The notes under the pieces are model-generated. The model worked only from the letters and a program-made list of their open reading frames with translations, made no database searches and was not told the DNA's origin. This document shows, in pieces, positions 24,557-38,480 of a stretch of DNA of 64,000 nucleotides. The translations under genes and the position numbers were made by a program. Origin of the DNA: Camelus dromedarius (taxonomy: Eukaryota); contig NC_087437.1 in assembly GCF_036321535.1 (NCBI RefSeq), positions 43,712,001-43,776,000 of the forward strand, given 5' to 3'. The stretch's first letter is position 1; every line of letters starts with the position of its first letter.

Positions 24557-26374
24557 AAACTAAAGAGAAAAAGTTAGTGGTTAAATTGAAGACCCAGAAG
24601 CAAACCAACTGAGCAGTTCCCAGAAGAGATGTGATCATTTGGAACCTGGACCAGAATCAAAGGGATTATCATTAGTATGGCAAGGCATTTCTTCCGTCAA
24701 GCAAGCAGAGGATGCTATGTGCGTATACTTTAGGTTGCAGAGAAGAAATCAGAGGGAGTTTATGTATGAAAGCTTAGGTTTCACTTAATAAAGGAGAAGG
24801 AAGTTCACATCCATGTCTCCAGGTGATAAAGGTGATGAAAAAGGTGAAGATTATGGAAATTTAAAAAATTAGTACCTTTACTTTCCCCAAAACGTTAGTG
24901 AAATTCAAGACCCTAGGAACTTAAACCAAGAAGGAAAAGAGTGAAGGGTACAGGAAGGAAAGAGGACATTTTTCACTGAAGAAAGATCTGAACTTTAGAG
25001 AATAAAATCTATCTTTCAATTCTTTGAGGGATGACTTTGGAAACTAAATTAAAAAAAGAAAAAGAAAATTATCTCCTGGAAAAAAATTCACATGAAAATT
25101 CAGTGGTTAAAAAGAAAAAACCTGATATATGCTATATTTTCAACCATACCAGCCAAATTATAAAGTGTTCTAGAATTCACTTTGGTAGTCATCATATATT
25201 ATCTTCACATATATTTTGAAATTGCTCAGTTTCAATAACAATATATATGATGTTTAGATATCTAATGGAATTTGGCTATTAAAAAGCTAAGATTTTTATC
25301 TAATAGAATTAGCAGGCATGACAATGTGATAAATTAATATTGTACTAGTTTCTGTGAACAGGTTAAGTAAAAGTGAAGCTGGATATTTATATTCATTTAT
25401 TACCATAATCATTGCTGCTAATAGCAATTGAAAAGACTTATTTGCATTTCACCAGGTAAGCCAAGGTAAGCATTTTATATGGATTACAATTTCTGAAGAG
25501 AGCACCTGAATTTGTATTTACTATAGTGTTTTTCAAAAAATGGCATAATCCTGAGGGAAATCTACTGCAAGCCTGACTGCAAATATCTTAGTTGCAATGC
25601 ACAAATTTCTTCTTTCAAGTGTTTAATATTTTCTAGAGACAAACAGGTTTAATTTAATGATGGGGTGAAAGGACTGAAAAATAAAATACAAATAAACTGA
25701 AGTCACTAGAGTTAAGAAAAGATGAAACAATTTATGTTCAGAGTAACTCTAAAAAATTGTCAAAGAAAAAAAGCATTCCTTTTGAGTGTGTTTCCTGTTA
25801 TGGTGCTATTTTTTATTTTTTATTTCTCATTTCTATCCACAAATCAAGACTATGCCTCTGTATTTAGACTTTGATGATCCCAAAATACAATGTCTATTTC
25901 AGCATGAAAGCAGAGGCTACAGCACTTTTTTCATGTTTTGTTCCCTGGTCATCATTATGTATGAGTAAAAGCAAAATGCAGTCAATATTTATGACACTTT
26001 ATCTCAGTGAAGAATGGCTAAAGTAAATCGAACAAAATATAGCACAGATAAAAAGAAAACATTTTAAATAATGACACTTAGAGAACAGCATTAAAATTCT
26101 TTGAGTAATTCCTCAGTTACATACACACACACACATATATATAAGATATGTAGAAGAACATATATATTTATTTTCTGTTTTCTGTTTCTCATCCAAAGTT
26201 GCTTTACGTTAATTTGGCATTTTCAGGACTAGATAAAGTGGATCTCAAATTGAGTTCCCAAATATTTTCAGAAATCCCACAGTTGGTTTTCAAGTCTGAA
26301 CAATGCTGTGTACCCTGGACTATCAGGAGTGGAGGTGGCCACACCAAGACTGCCGGGATCACCACACAGATGCC

Positions 26375-26555
26375 TTAGTGTTTCTTGAACTGTGTTCTGC
26401 TGATTGCATATAGCAGAATCACTGTTAAAATGCATATTTCTGGGTTCTATCTAAGACTTGTTGAGCCAGAATTTCTTAGGATTGACAGTCAGCAATCTGC
26501 AAATTCAACATTTTCCCCAGAAGATTCGTGCATACTTAAGTTTCAGAACTACTCT
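26375..26555. mobile_element. MER5A/B hAT-Charlie relic
   Basis: 'cagaatcactgttaaaatgcatatttctggg...aatctgc...cttaagtttcagaactact'. Confidence 0.75.
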
Positions 26556-26889
26556 GCCTCATGTGGTGTCAGAGTTTGGCAATTTTCATGATTGAGGCAG
26601 AGGAAGAGCAGTGATAGATAAGTAGAAACAGATTTAAAACTGGAGTGATGATTTATTTGCTTGAATTATAGAGCATTGTAGAGTTATCCACCTACATTCA
26701 GGTCAAAGAAAGATACATTCTGATAGGCAGAATTCCCCACCCCACCCCCTTTTCAGTTTTATTAAGTAGAATTATTACAGTTTGACTACACATATACATT
26801 ATATTGCATGTAAATACATATATACAATATACTGCACTTTTTTTTAGTTTACATATATATACTTACCATTGTTTGTTAAAACAGATTAG

Positions 26890-27142
26890 TACTAGGGAAA
26901 GGGGGTGGGAGGGGATAAATTTGGGAGTTTAATATTTACAAATATTAGCCACTATATATAAAAATAGATTTTAAAAAAAGTTTCTTTTTATAGCACAAGG
27001 AACTATGCTCAATATCTTGTAGTAACCTTTAATGGAAAAAAATATGAAAATGAATATATGTATGTATATGCAAGACTGGGACATTGTGCTGTACACCAGA
27101 AATTGATACATTATAATTGACTGTACTTCAATTTAAAAAAAG
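26890..27142 (+). mobile_element. Young camelid L1 3' end with TSD
   Basis: 'gggagggataaatttgggagttt...gctgtacaccagaaattgatacatt...ttcaatttaaaaaaa'; TSD aacagattag (26880-26889 and 27143-27152). Confidence 0.9.
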
Positions 27143-27255
27143 AACAGATTAGAGCTTTAGCTTTTTAAACTTACTTAGTTATCAGAGGAATAAAGCCAAC
27201 CACAAAAGAAGAATCAACAGAACACGGTAATCCAATCATAAAGGACAGCCAAATA

Positions 27256-27847
27256 TGTGGTAGGCAGAATTCTAAGATGACTCCCAAGATGCCCAGTTCC
27301 TGGGGTATATAGCTTGCATAATCCCTGACACTGTGAATATGATGGATTTTTTTCCATCTTTAAGTTTTATTAGATGGGACAGTTGATTTTAAGAAACAGA
27401 GATTATCCTGGGTGAGCCTGATTTAATCAGGTGAGCCCTTAAAGGAGACAACAGGTCTCTTCCTGAACTTTGTGATTCAATACATAAGAGAGACTTGACA
27501 AGATTCCTCATCTCTGGATTTGCAGGTAAAAGGGGCCATGTGGCAAGGTATGCTGGCAGTCTCCAGGAGCGAAGAGAAGCCCCTACATGACAGCCAGCAA
27601 AGAAACAGGGACTGCAGTCTTACAACCAAAAGGAGCTGAATTCAGCCGATAAGGTTAATGAACATGGAAATGAATTTTCTCCCGGAGTCTCCAACACATC
27701 AGTTTCAGCTTTACAAGAGCCTGAACGGAAAATTCAGTCATTCTGTGTCTGAACTTCAGACCTAAAAAACTGTGTGGTAAAAATGGGTCTTATTTTAAGC
27801 TGTTAAATTTGTGGTGATTTATTTCACAGCAATAGAAAACTAATCCA
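27256..27847 (+). mobile_element. MLT1E-like MaLR solo LTR
   Basis: Start 'tgtggtaggcagaattctaagatgac'; end 'ttttaagctgttaaatttgtggtgattt...gcaatagaaaactaat'. Confidence 0.85.
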
Positions 27848-29229
27848 TACCCAGTTGCACAAAAGTGACCCTGGCTTGTGGTGACAGGTACTATCTGAAC
27901 CCAGCCACTATTACGCCGCACTCTTTGACTTTCCTGAACCTCGCATGTGAATGAGCTTGCTGTTCTGGACCAGCAGATTCTACATATCAGAGTTAAGTTT
28001 ATAGAATCACTAAGATTTGTTGTGTCTAGGTTAAACAATTCCATTAAGACATTATTGGTAGGAAGAGCAGAATCCCAAATAGTTCAAAATTCCTCTATCA
28101 GAAGTGATTTTTTAAAAACTCTGTTCAAGTTTATATGTTACAATCAACATTATAAGGTAGATTAATGTTTTAATCGCCATTACCAAAGAGGCATAAGAAC
28201 TTAATTGGAGCCGATAGTCCAAGATTGTGCACTAAAGCTGCCAGTAGAGACCTCATTCTCAGAAAAAATTATTTTCCTCACCAAAGAGAATCTCATGAGT
28301 CCTTCTTTTCAGCCAAGATAAATCAATTTTTTTTTCTCTTAATGTGTCCATGAACATCTACTTCCCATTATTTCTTGTGGTCACACAAGCATTTCATGGA
28401 ATATTTCTATAAATTGTTCCCACATGCCCAAGCCTCCTTTGATGACTTTGCGATTCTAATAAAGTGATTAGAACTCCTTATCCCTGCTGTGGCCTCTGCT
28501 AAACGATGTGGAAATACCCCTCTGGCTGGGGTTATCCCGCGAGCAAAATTCAAATGACCCACCAACAAGCACATCTGTCATAGTTTGACTTTCTTTGCCC
28601 TTGTTACTTTTTCCTTCTATTCTATAAGATCTTTAATTTTCCCCTTGAGGTTCTAAATTCCTTTTTAATTATATAATTGTGGAAAATCTTGTCTACAGAT
28701 AAAATCAGTTTGACTGATCTGGTTTTCCTCTATTGGGAGTTTTAACGGTGTTACTTGCTCTCTGAAACTTCACAGCTTCCTAATTAGTAGGTATTTGAAC
28801 ATGATAGGGTCATCCCATTTGCCTTACGTATTTGCTGTGTTCAATTGTTATCTGGGGTCCCAAATATTCTAATTAACACGAGTCTAGTTATGATCTCGCT
28901 GGGAAAAACATGGCAGTGAATCTGAAACACGAAGTCAATAAGATTTTGACAAGTAGTTTTGCTAAATTACCAAGAGGTAATTTAGAGTGGCAGAACATTT
29001 ACACGAAAACAGTTGAACATTTCATCAATCTTCAAGAAATGTTGAAAACAAAACTGGGTTTGGTGGAAAAAAATTTTTTGGACTTTCTGATTTATACGTT
29101 TCACACTGATGAATGAAAGAAAACCTGGTCCTTTGCTGATTTTTGCCTTTGGCTTCGTCCTCTGGTGGCAGCACCTTCCCTTCCTCAGGGCTGACAGCCC
29201 TTTCCCTCTCTGTGTATGGATCAGACAAT

Positions 29230-29672
29230 GCTGGAACTACTGACTCCACAATCTACTGGTGACCCCTTCCCGGCTACCAGAGGTCACATCAGATCGACCA
29301 CAGCGGGGAGTGCATTGCCACTGTGGCCAACAATAGTCTGGGGACTTTCATAAAACTCTTGGGAAAGATAAGCTGTCTTTTTCCTCTGGGAATTCCACAT
29401 GGGCTGAGACACCTCTGAGGCGGCTATTGACTCAACTGGCTCTTAGACAGGAGAACCTGCCTGAGAACGACAGTAACCTAGCAGAGCAGAATGGAGAAGA
29501 GACGGAGCACGGCGGCCATTTCATTTTTCCATTCCTTTTGACTCCACACCTAGTCAGGCCTGCCGTTATACCACCCCCAGTCTTTTCAATTACTTTGGCC
29601 AATTAATTCCCTTGATAGTTAAGCTCCTTTGGGTTGGGTTTTCAGACTTGCCACTGAAAGAATCCTGCCTTA
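29230..29672 (+). mobile_element. MLT1K/L-like MaLR LTR
   Basis: End 'ccaattaattccc...ttaagc...gggttgggttttcagacttgccactgaaagaatcctg'. Confidence 0.6.
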
Positions 29673-30889
29673 TAGAAAAGGTCTCTCACAAAAGTTAAAT
29701 TAATTCAAGACTCTACCCTTTAAATTTAGTAAAAATGACATGATAAAGCCAATTTATTGACTTAATGATTTTTGAATGGAATGCACACTCAGACTCCTGA
29801 AGTGTACCGTTGGTGGTTATTTTAAAGTCATAACCATTACATAGTTTGAATTTTTCCAGTATTTAAAGGTACTTCAGTGCTATAATCTCATTAATTCTTA
29901 CAATGTCCTTTTGAACCAGCCAGGGGACAGGTATGCCTGTCTAATAATATAATAGGCCCTTTCTCTCTTGCACGTCATGACACATTTCAGTGAAGGTTGA
30001 ATAACAAAGCACGAGGTCACCTATGTAAGCACCTAGAGAAAACAGTAATTACTTCCTTAATGGTGTAGGTAGGATATCACTGTGGAAATCACAATAAAGA
30101 TTACAGCACAAATTTATCACCTGTGAGGAACTATGTGGCCAAAAGAACGTTTAATAACGTAGGTAGAGGGATATAAAATTTACATGATGCATATTATATG
30201 CACTGTATAGGCATTTAATCAACATATGTTAATGAAAGTCCTTCTACTTGTACTTTGTTGTATGCATATCACGTGTGAGATAATTACATGATTTATAAAT
30301 ATAATAATATATTTATTAAATGATTAATACATGTATGTCCTTGTAAAAGGTACATTTAAAGTATATGAAGGTATACTTTATTTGAAATATGCTAAAAGTA
30401 AATTTAAGTGTTCCCCACAGCATTTTTCCTCAACATACAGAAAGTTTGGTTTTTTTCCTCTGGATAAAATAGCAGCTATTTAGACTCCTGAGTAAAGCCA
30501 GATGAGGATAGAAGATATTTCCACATTGCTAAATATTTTTCTTATTAAGATTCAAATTATATTTTAATTCTTTAATTAAAAAATTATCTAAAATATATTA
30601 CACAACCCTGACAATTTAATTTGCTCTTGATGACTTAGTGGCCTCCTTGTGAGCATCCTCCTGGGTTATAAAATCTTAAATGTTTCTGAATCTATTAAAA
30701 TATGAAGAGTGGTTTAAACCCAAATGCTGTGCTTTATGAATTCATATGCCCGCTTTTGGTAATTTCCTATTTTTTTTGAACTCTGTGGAATTTGTATAGC
30801 TTTCAATAAAATCCTTGTTACTTGAGTGAGTTTGAATTTCTATTCCTCATTAGGTGTTTTAGAAGTGTTTATAGGTGGCATTTCAATAT

Positions 30890-31365
30890 GTAGCCTTAAA
30901 AAACAACTATATAACCGAGCAACTCTACTCCTGGATAAAATCTCCCATAAGACACATGCAAACATACTCAGAGGAGCACTAACCATGGTAGCCAAAACCT
31001 GGGGATAACCCTAATGTCTATCAAAAGTGGAACTGATTCATTAATTTTAATATATTCATACAATGAAATATTGCATAGCCATAGAGGATGGATTAACTCC
31101 ACAGAGTAATACAGATGAAACTTCCAAACAAGAATCTGAGTTGGTGAAGCTGGATGCAAGAGAGCTTGGTGTGTGGAGGTTTGTAGTGACTGGAAGGAAC
31201 AAGGAGGGGAACTCTGAGGTGCTGGGTGTCAGTAATAATTCTGTTCCTGACTTTGGTCTTGGCTACACAAGCGTGATTACTTTATGAACAGCCATTGAGC
31301 TGTGCCATGATGTGTGCATGTTTCTGCACGTGCTTTATAGTTCAATGACAGTTCACTCAAAAAGA
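30890..31365 (+). mobile_element. L1ME 3' end
   Basis: 'tagccaaaacctggggataaccc...tatattcatacaatgaaata...ggctacacaagcg...ttgagctgtgc'. Confidence 0.7.
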
Positions 31366-32059
31366 AGATAAAAATAAATTATGACCTATGCCTTTATATT
31401 TATATTGAACATCACTTTCAGGGCACATGTATTATCTCATTTTATTCATCCACCCCATAATTGTTCATTTGTTTGTTTGCTTATGTATTTTCTGTCATGA
31501 TCCAGGTAACAGGCAAGGGCCTGAGAATGCAGCACAGATTAAGAGAGACAATTGCCACTTGCATGGAGTTTACAATCAAGTCAGCAGCATGGTTACCCAC
31601 AGTGTTCACGTGTGGTAGGTAAATGTAGGATCTTTTGAGATTTGTTTGTTTACTTGTTTGTTCATTTGGATGGGAGACAATTAAGCATTCTTGTGTGCTT
31701 CAGAGAAGAACTCATCTGAGAGGTAGCAGATGCAGTATGTGAGAAGATAGGAAAGATTTGAAAGTGAGACCCTTAGAAAGACACAAGAAAGGAACCCAGA
31801 AGCAGGAGAAAGGAAGAAACACTCCAAACTGGGAATTATCAGAGGTCACGTGCACTTTGTCAGCAGAGCTTGTGCGAGAGCCCAAGAACCTGACTCCACA
31901 ACCACATCAAATCAAAGTCCTCTTCATCGCTGCTGTTTCTAGAACGCCAACAAATCCCTTTTACACCAGTTGCTTGCATGCACGCACATGTATCTTCATC
32001 TGACTTCTGCAGATGTGGTGTTTGGAGATGGAGATTGCTACTTCAGAGAGAGCAATTGT

Positions 32060-32420
32060 TACAATTGTCTCTGATAGGCAACGTCAAGCAATGTCAAGTG
32101 AGGCAGTAACGACTTTGATATCTGTGGGAGAGATTTCCAGGCAGAGGGGACAGTCGATGCCAAGGTAATGAGGGGGGAGTACACGTGTCTTACTCTAGGA
32201 AGAAAAAGGAAGCCAGGTGAGAAAACAAGAGGGCTACTGTAGAGTGAGCAAGATGGAGAGTAAAAGCAAATGCGGTCAAGGAGTTAGCTGGGGACCAGAT
32301 CATACACACCTTGGATGCCGTGGGAGAAGCTACAGATTCACTCTGAGTAACGTGGGAAGGCTCTGGAAGCTTGGGGCAGAGGATCGATATATCTGACCCA
32401 TGTTATTAAAGGAGTCACTT
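32060..32420 (-). mobile_element. L2 fragment; its 3' end is probably at about 31430-31600
   Basis: 'atctgtgggagagatttccaggcagagggga...gggaccagatcat...ctctgagtaacgtgggaagg'. Confidence 0.7.
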
Positions 32421-32477
32421 AAAATCTAATGCTTGCCCAGGGTTTTCCTCATCCCCCACTCTCTTATTCTGCACAGA

Positions 32478-32889
32478 TTTCAATCACAAATGCTACAAGG
32501 AAGCACAAAAATGAGTGATGTGGTTTTGTTATAAGGAAAACTAAAAAATGCCTGCATTGTGAATAGCCTTGACCCTTGGCCTAAAGGTAGGGCAGGCGGC
32601 GTGGCCTGTGGTCAGCTGAAGAAAGCGTGTTCCGTCCTAATGCTGACAAACTGTTCACACCCATCTGAGTGTGGCCACTCAGAAAGGCAAGCTTAGTGCT
32701 GGAGATCAGTCTGATTTTCTTTTTAAGAGGAGCTAGAAATCTTGATTTTTATATAAAAACACTTAGACAATGATTCAAAAATAAATAAAACTAACAACAA
32801 CAAAAAATACCAATATGTGGAGAAACACTATGCAGACTAAACAAAAGCCAGTTATGTCTGGGACCCCCAGGTTCAGTTTGTAACCTCTG
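32478..32889. mobile_element. MER102-like hAT-Charlie relic
   Basis: 'gatcagtctgattttc...agctagaaatcttgattttt'; terminal 'cagtttgtaacctctg'. Confidence 0.6.
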
Positions 32890-33359
32890 TTCTGTAAACA
32901 TCTCTCTGATGATGCAGAACATTACTTAGGATCAGTGGTAACTTGTTTTTCAGACTGCCTGTCTCTTTATCTGTATAGATGTAATAATGGACAGTCACAC
33001 TTGTCTATCCACGAGAATAGCAAGCTTCATACGTCAAATATTCAATTCAGCTCTCCCCACCACGAAACCTGCCTCTCTCATAGTCTCTTTCTCAAAGAAT
33101 GTCAAAGTCAGAAATCTGAGAGTCAGCTCAGATTTCTCACTATCCTTAGCATATTTAACCATGTGATACACCCATGCAGTATCTTTAAAGTCTCTCAGAT
33201 GAGTTCCCCAAATGTCTCAAAAGAATCCCCTTCCCTCCAACCTTATAAATACTGCCTTGATTTACATCCAGTTCTAAGAGCAGCCTTTACATAATAAGCA
33301 CTAAGTCTCTTTGAAATAAATATGTTATCTCATTTAACCTTCATAGTAAAAGTGTGATA

Positions 33360-33780
33360 GTATCATAGTTCAGGCTCTAAAATAGAGCATGAGGAAGGTC
33401 TTAGGTTAAAAAAGTAGGCGGGAGGGAGGAAAAGCCAGTAGATGGTGCACTGTCATGGTTGCCGCTCCGGGCAACAAGAGCTGGAATATCTGAGAAATGA
33501 ACAGGAGGCCTCCGAGAAGTGGCCATCTGCAAGGTGAGCATTTGGGGCATTTACTGCAGCTGCCTTCCCCCTTTGTTACAGGATTGGCCCTGGGCCATTT
33601 GTGCGTAAATTGAGAGGCTCCTGCAGCCCAGGGTCAGAAGGGGAACAGATGAACACACTTGAGTTGGACTACTACCAGGGCAAAGTGAGTCTGAGCTCAC
33701 ATGGAGCTAGTGAGCACAGTGGCAGCTCAGTCCGAGGTAAGTTAGAGGGAGGTGGCGCTGAGCACCCAAGACACCTGCTT
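33360..33780 (-). mobile_element. LTR16-like ERVL LTR
   Basis: 'gggagggaggaaaagccagtagatggtgc...tggggcattta...ggattggccctggg'. Confidence 0.55.
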
Positions 33781-33969
33781 CTGATGAAGATAGTAGAGCT
33801 TTGAGAGGTAACACAGATTCAAAAGTAACCAAGCCAGGATGTATATCCAAGTTGGACTCCAAAGCCCCTACTTCTATATCCTATGTGCGAGATGTTTCAG
33901 CCAACGTCAAAGTTACAGGGATCAAGCCCTCCAAGATTGGCATCAATATTATATCAAGTGTGGCAGTAT

Positions 33970-34475
33970 GTGTAGGTGTGTGGGGTGGGGAGGGTTCCCA
34001 AAGCCACCAGCAGTTTCAGTAATTCATTAAAAGGACTCATAAAACTCACCGTCCAGAGAGTTCTACACATGAGCTTCCTTGGTCTGCTCCCCCTGGATAC
34101 AGGATGCATTACTTTCCCAGCATCAACATGTGGACATACTCATCAGGCATTGCCAGCTTGGGGAGCTCACCCAAGCATCAGAATTCATAGTTTTTCTTGG
34201 AAGTCTATAACAGGATTGATTGATTACCCATGGGGTTGATCTCAGCCTCCAGTTTGGCTGATACCACATGACCCCACCCCAAAATCACATGATTGGCCTC
34301 TCTGTCATAACCAGCCTTGACCCTAAGATTATCAGATGTGATTGGCCATACCGTAAGTTCTGGTACCGGCATCCCCCACTCTGAACAAAGATGCTCCTAT
34401 CAGGTTTGACATGGATTACCTCCCAGAAGACAAAAGCCAGACCTTTCTTTGGGCAGTGCCAAATTCTTGACTACA
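33970..34475. mobile_element. MER21-like LTR
   Basis: 'ggttcccaaagccacc...aaaggactca...aacaaagatgctcctatcagg...aaaagccagacctttctttggg...aaattcttgactaca'. Confidence 0.7.
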
Positions 34476-34499
34476 GACTATGAAATATGATTCACTATT

Positions 34500-37400
34500 G
34501 AAAATAAATCACATCATTATAAAGCTTTAGTGACTCATCACCTTCAGGGTAAGGTCCATTCCCTTTCAAACAGCATACTAGGCACCTCGAGAGTAGACCT
34601 CTGTCTACCTTTCCAGCCTCATATCATGCACTCTTTTCCTTGTATCCTATAGCCCTTCCAAACCACTGGAACTTCTCCTAATGGCCCTGTCCTGTTCTCA
34701 TCAGCACCCTGACTAGTAAAAATAGGTGATAGCACATAGATGCTTACTTTATAGCAACAACAAGAAAGTTAATTTTCTTTTCTTTCTTTTCTTTTTTCTT
34801 TTTCCTTTTTTTTTTTTTTTTTTTGAGTAAATGGATTAAGACAAGTTTCTGGGGCCCATGGGTGTGTATAAAGGAAGTGTCCATTGATAAAATGTCATTC
34901 GAAGAGGAGAGAAGCTGTGAGAGGATAGGTGAGAAGGAAGATACACACCCTAGTTAGGCAGGTGGGTGGCAGGAGTAGGACTGAGGCTCAACTTCTCTTC
35001 CATCATTTGGAGTAGAGACAAAATGTTCAGACTTCCATCAGACTCTCCACTTGTGGCCCCTTATTGCCTCAGAATTTCCAAAGATGCAATAACTCTTCCC
35101 CACAGAAAGTAGATGCATATGCACATAGGCACACACAGCTAGGTTTCAAGGCTTCATTCAGAACGTCTTCCCTCACCACTATCCCTTCCCTCTTTCCTCC
35201 TCTTTCTCTTTATTGCACAGTACTGCCTGAACAGTTATCAAGGTGTATTATCCCTGTTTATTTGTATATCCTTCCTCTGACTATGAGACTTCTGAGAAAA
35301 AAGACCATACTTTTTATCTCTACACCCTTATCATCCAGCACAGGGCCCCATAACATTGGGATAAAAATGTATAGACCGCATGGGCAAATAAGGAAGGAAG
35401 AGAGAGAGAGAACGGCAGGAAAGACGAGAGGGAAGAAAAGATGGAAGGGAGGGAGGGAGAGAGTGTTGAAAATTCATTTGGCTTGCAGATAACCAGAGGA
35501 GGAGTTAATGTCAAGTTTAATAGAACACTATCCCTTGAAACCCCCAACCCCCAGCCCCAAGCAGCAACCCTGCTTCTGATGGCAGGGTTCAGTCAGCTCA
35601 AGGATAACGCAAGACATAAGCTGAATGACATTAAACTGCTCATGGGTTCATGCCCAGACCAATTCCCTCTGCAGGGAGGTAACATTTCTGTAGTCTTCTA
35701 TGGTACTTTTAGAATCTCTCCAGGCTATGGTGGCAACAGATTTAGTAGACAAGAGGGAACGAGCAGCACATCACATGAACTGAACTGGAAAATGTCCTGG
35801 CCAATTAACAGCAAATGTCTGTGGCAATTAACAAACAGCCCAGGAACAAAGACTATATACATTGTTATGCTCAGTCCTGGAATGTTTATTGTCTCTTCTT
35901 GTCTTCGGTTTTATAGTTTCAACATTTGAAAGATGTATATTCCGCTCTTCACTAGTTTGTAAGCTCCCTCGAGGACCCAAACCCATCTAATACATCTTTT
36001 TATTCGTACAACACCTAGCACAGTGTTTGACTCAAAGTAGGAATGCCATGAATATTTTTGAAATAAATACAAAATTCTACCCCAAACCCGAAGCTATAGT
36101 TTAAGTCTCCTGCTACCAGGAATTCACAGCATGGTGTGGGCATATAAATCAAATAGTGGGGCTTAAACATTTCTCCATACTTTTGAGTTGCCTTAGTCAA
36201 AATTAAAGCAGATAAAGTTAGGTTTGTATCGGGAAGGACATTTAGAGGTTATTTAATTCAATTCTCCCTTTTCAGATAAGAGACCTCTTAAATTGGTTCC
36301 TCTAACGTAACAGCGAGAGAAATACAATGGGACTGTAATCAGAAGCCCGTCTCCAGGCTCACGGTCCAGGGCTCCTTCTTGGGCAGTAAGTCTTTTCTCC
36401 TTACTTTTTTTTTTTTTTTTACTAATCAAGACACCAGTGTGTTCCCCTAACAATGCTTAAGAAAACATGAAGCCCTTAGGTACATGTTGGTAGTCTTCTC
36501 ACTAACACACATTAGCCAGCCTTGAATCTTTGGTGGTTTGCATTCAAGAGCCAGTTTTGTTGGTTTGTCATCAAGCTCCCCTCCCGTCTCTGTAAAAGAA
36601 GAGAGGCCATCAGCCAGGGTTATTTTTTCCTTCTGATTCCTCCTGATCTATTTCTGATTACTTCTGAGCTGCAAATTGATCCTAATTTCTTCTTGGTTAA
36701 CCTTAGAGAAAAAAGGGTTCCTTCTCTTTCTCAAGCCTAAGCCTGCCTTTGTGGCACTTGATCTGATTCTTGTCAATACTGAAGAGATCCGTTCTATAGC
36801 CCAGCCTCTCCCTCTCCTGAGGTTTAGGTATCTCCCTAGTTACTGGCACCACAAACAGGCTTAAGTTTCTTCCATCTTTAAGCCTCTTTATCCTGACAAC
36901 TGGAAAACTGGAAAAATTACCTCCAAATTCTCCCCTCCCCTCCTCATTCGAGCACTTTGAAAGAATACACTCAATCTCACTTTGTTAACCGCTTTCATTT
37001 CTCGTCTCACTGCAATCTGCCCTCCATCCCCAGAATACTGCTAGACTGGCTCCAAACAAGACCACAAACTGCTTCCTAATTATCAAACACAGGGGAAATT
37101 TCCAGTCTCATGTTACCGCCTCATCCTTTTCTTCTCAAAACATCTCCCTATTCTTTCAGTTCCCAAGACTCTGCATTCATTTGATCCCCTCAGCTGTTTT
37201 GCATTGTGATCATTTTTGTTTGTTTGTTTTCCGTGTGGGTTCCTCTTCTTCTGCTTACTCTTAAAACATCAGCTTCCTACAAAAAATATAATCATGATTT
37301 CAAGTACCAATCTATATACTAATGACCACCAAATCTGTATTTTCATCTCAGTTTTGATATGCAGATATAGGTATTCATATATCTATTTAATGGGTTCCAT

Positions 37401-38480
37401 GTTCATCCATCATAAGCACCACAAAAATTCAATTTGATGTCTTTGATTCTACCCCCTACCTATACAGACAGTAGAACCCCACCAAAATGGTATATGTGGG
37501 GTCCAAAGAGTGCTGTATGCTGGCTAAAATTCAAGGTCACAATATTGCAACGTTAATTAAAAAGTCATGCTATAAAATTGTAACAGGCACAAAAGTAAAG
37601 ACAGTGAAACGTATACTGAATACAGAGGGCCTTACACTCCCTGAAAAAGGCTCAGATGATCACAAAGCACTCACTTCCCAACTAGTCCCTGCTGCGTTTC
37701 CCTCCCTGCTGTTTTTTCCCTCATGTTGCTCTTTCCCTGTTGAAAACTGGAGCTGGGAGGAGGACTGGGAGCAGTCCTAAGTTCCCTTATATCCAAATTC
37801 ACGTTATGGAGCAGTTTTACTGAATGTTCTATCTTCCCTAGTGGTATCACCATAGCCTAAGTGGTATCACTTAGAATAAAAACTTGGGGCTGATTTTTGT
37901 ACCCTCTTTTCATTCCTCTCCATATCCAATTAATCAACAAACAGTTCTTGAAAATTGTACTTCTTTAAAATTGCGCTTCTTTGAAAGTCCCTGAATTTGC
38001 AGCTTTGTATTTCCACGTTCCCTAATCCATACCATAATCTTTTTCCAGACTACCCAAACAGCCTTCTTTCAGGCCACTCTGCCTCCAGGTTTGTCCCAGT
38101 CAAACTTTAGAACTGAGATCTAGAGAAAATTTAAAATCCTAAGGCCCTCTTCCGGCCCTACATCTCACAATCCCACTTGTGATCTCAAAGCATGCCAAGA
38201 CTTTTCACACCTCAGTAGTTTACAGCTTCTCTGCCTAGAACCCTGTACCACCTCATTGTTTACCTGCATGTTGGTCTAAGACTCTCCTCTGATTGAATCT
38301 ATGAAGTCATCCCTGTCCTTTCTTCCTTTCTCTGAAGAATATAATTGTCCATGCCCTATTTTTGGTGTCCACGCTATATGTATGCATGTGTCTGTTAAAA
38401 TACCTATAATATTTCATTATGCTCACTTACGTTTTTCTTTTTCCCACTAAAATTGTAAATTTATTGAGGAATGGGCTGGC
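34500..38480 (+). mobile_element. Scattered L2 fragments (about 34500-34700, 35130-35380, 35920-36070, 36720-37440, 37780-38480)
   Basis: Pyrimidine-rich L2 motifs, e.g. 'gtaagctccctcgagg...acctagcacagtgtttgactcaaagtagg' and 'ctcactgcaatctgccctccatcccc'. Confidence 0.5.

Noticed and set aside
28910..29116. 68-aa ATG ORF with good Kozak context (aaaacATGG)
   Set aside because: The composition is protein-like, but I recognise no family, promoter or polyA context. ORFs of this size are expected by chance; BLASTP or PhyloCSF would be needed.
35064..35929. Overlapping 142-aa and 162-aa ORFs
   Set aside because: They overlap L2 fragments and a purine-rich simple tract, with no recognisable homology or exon structure.
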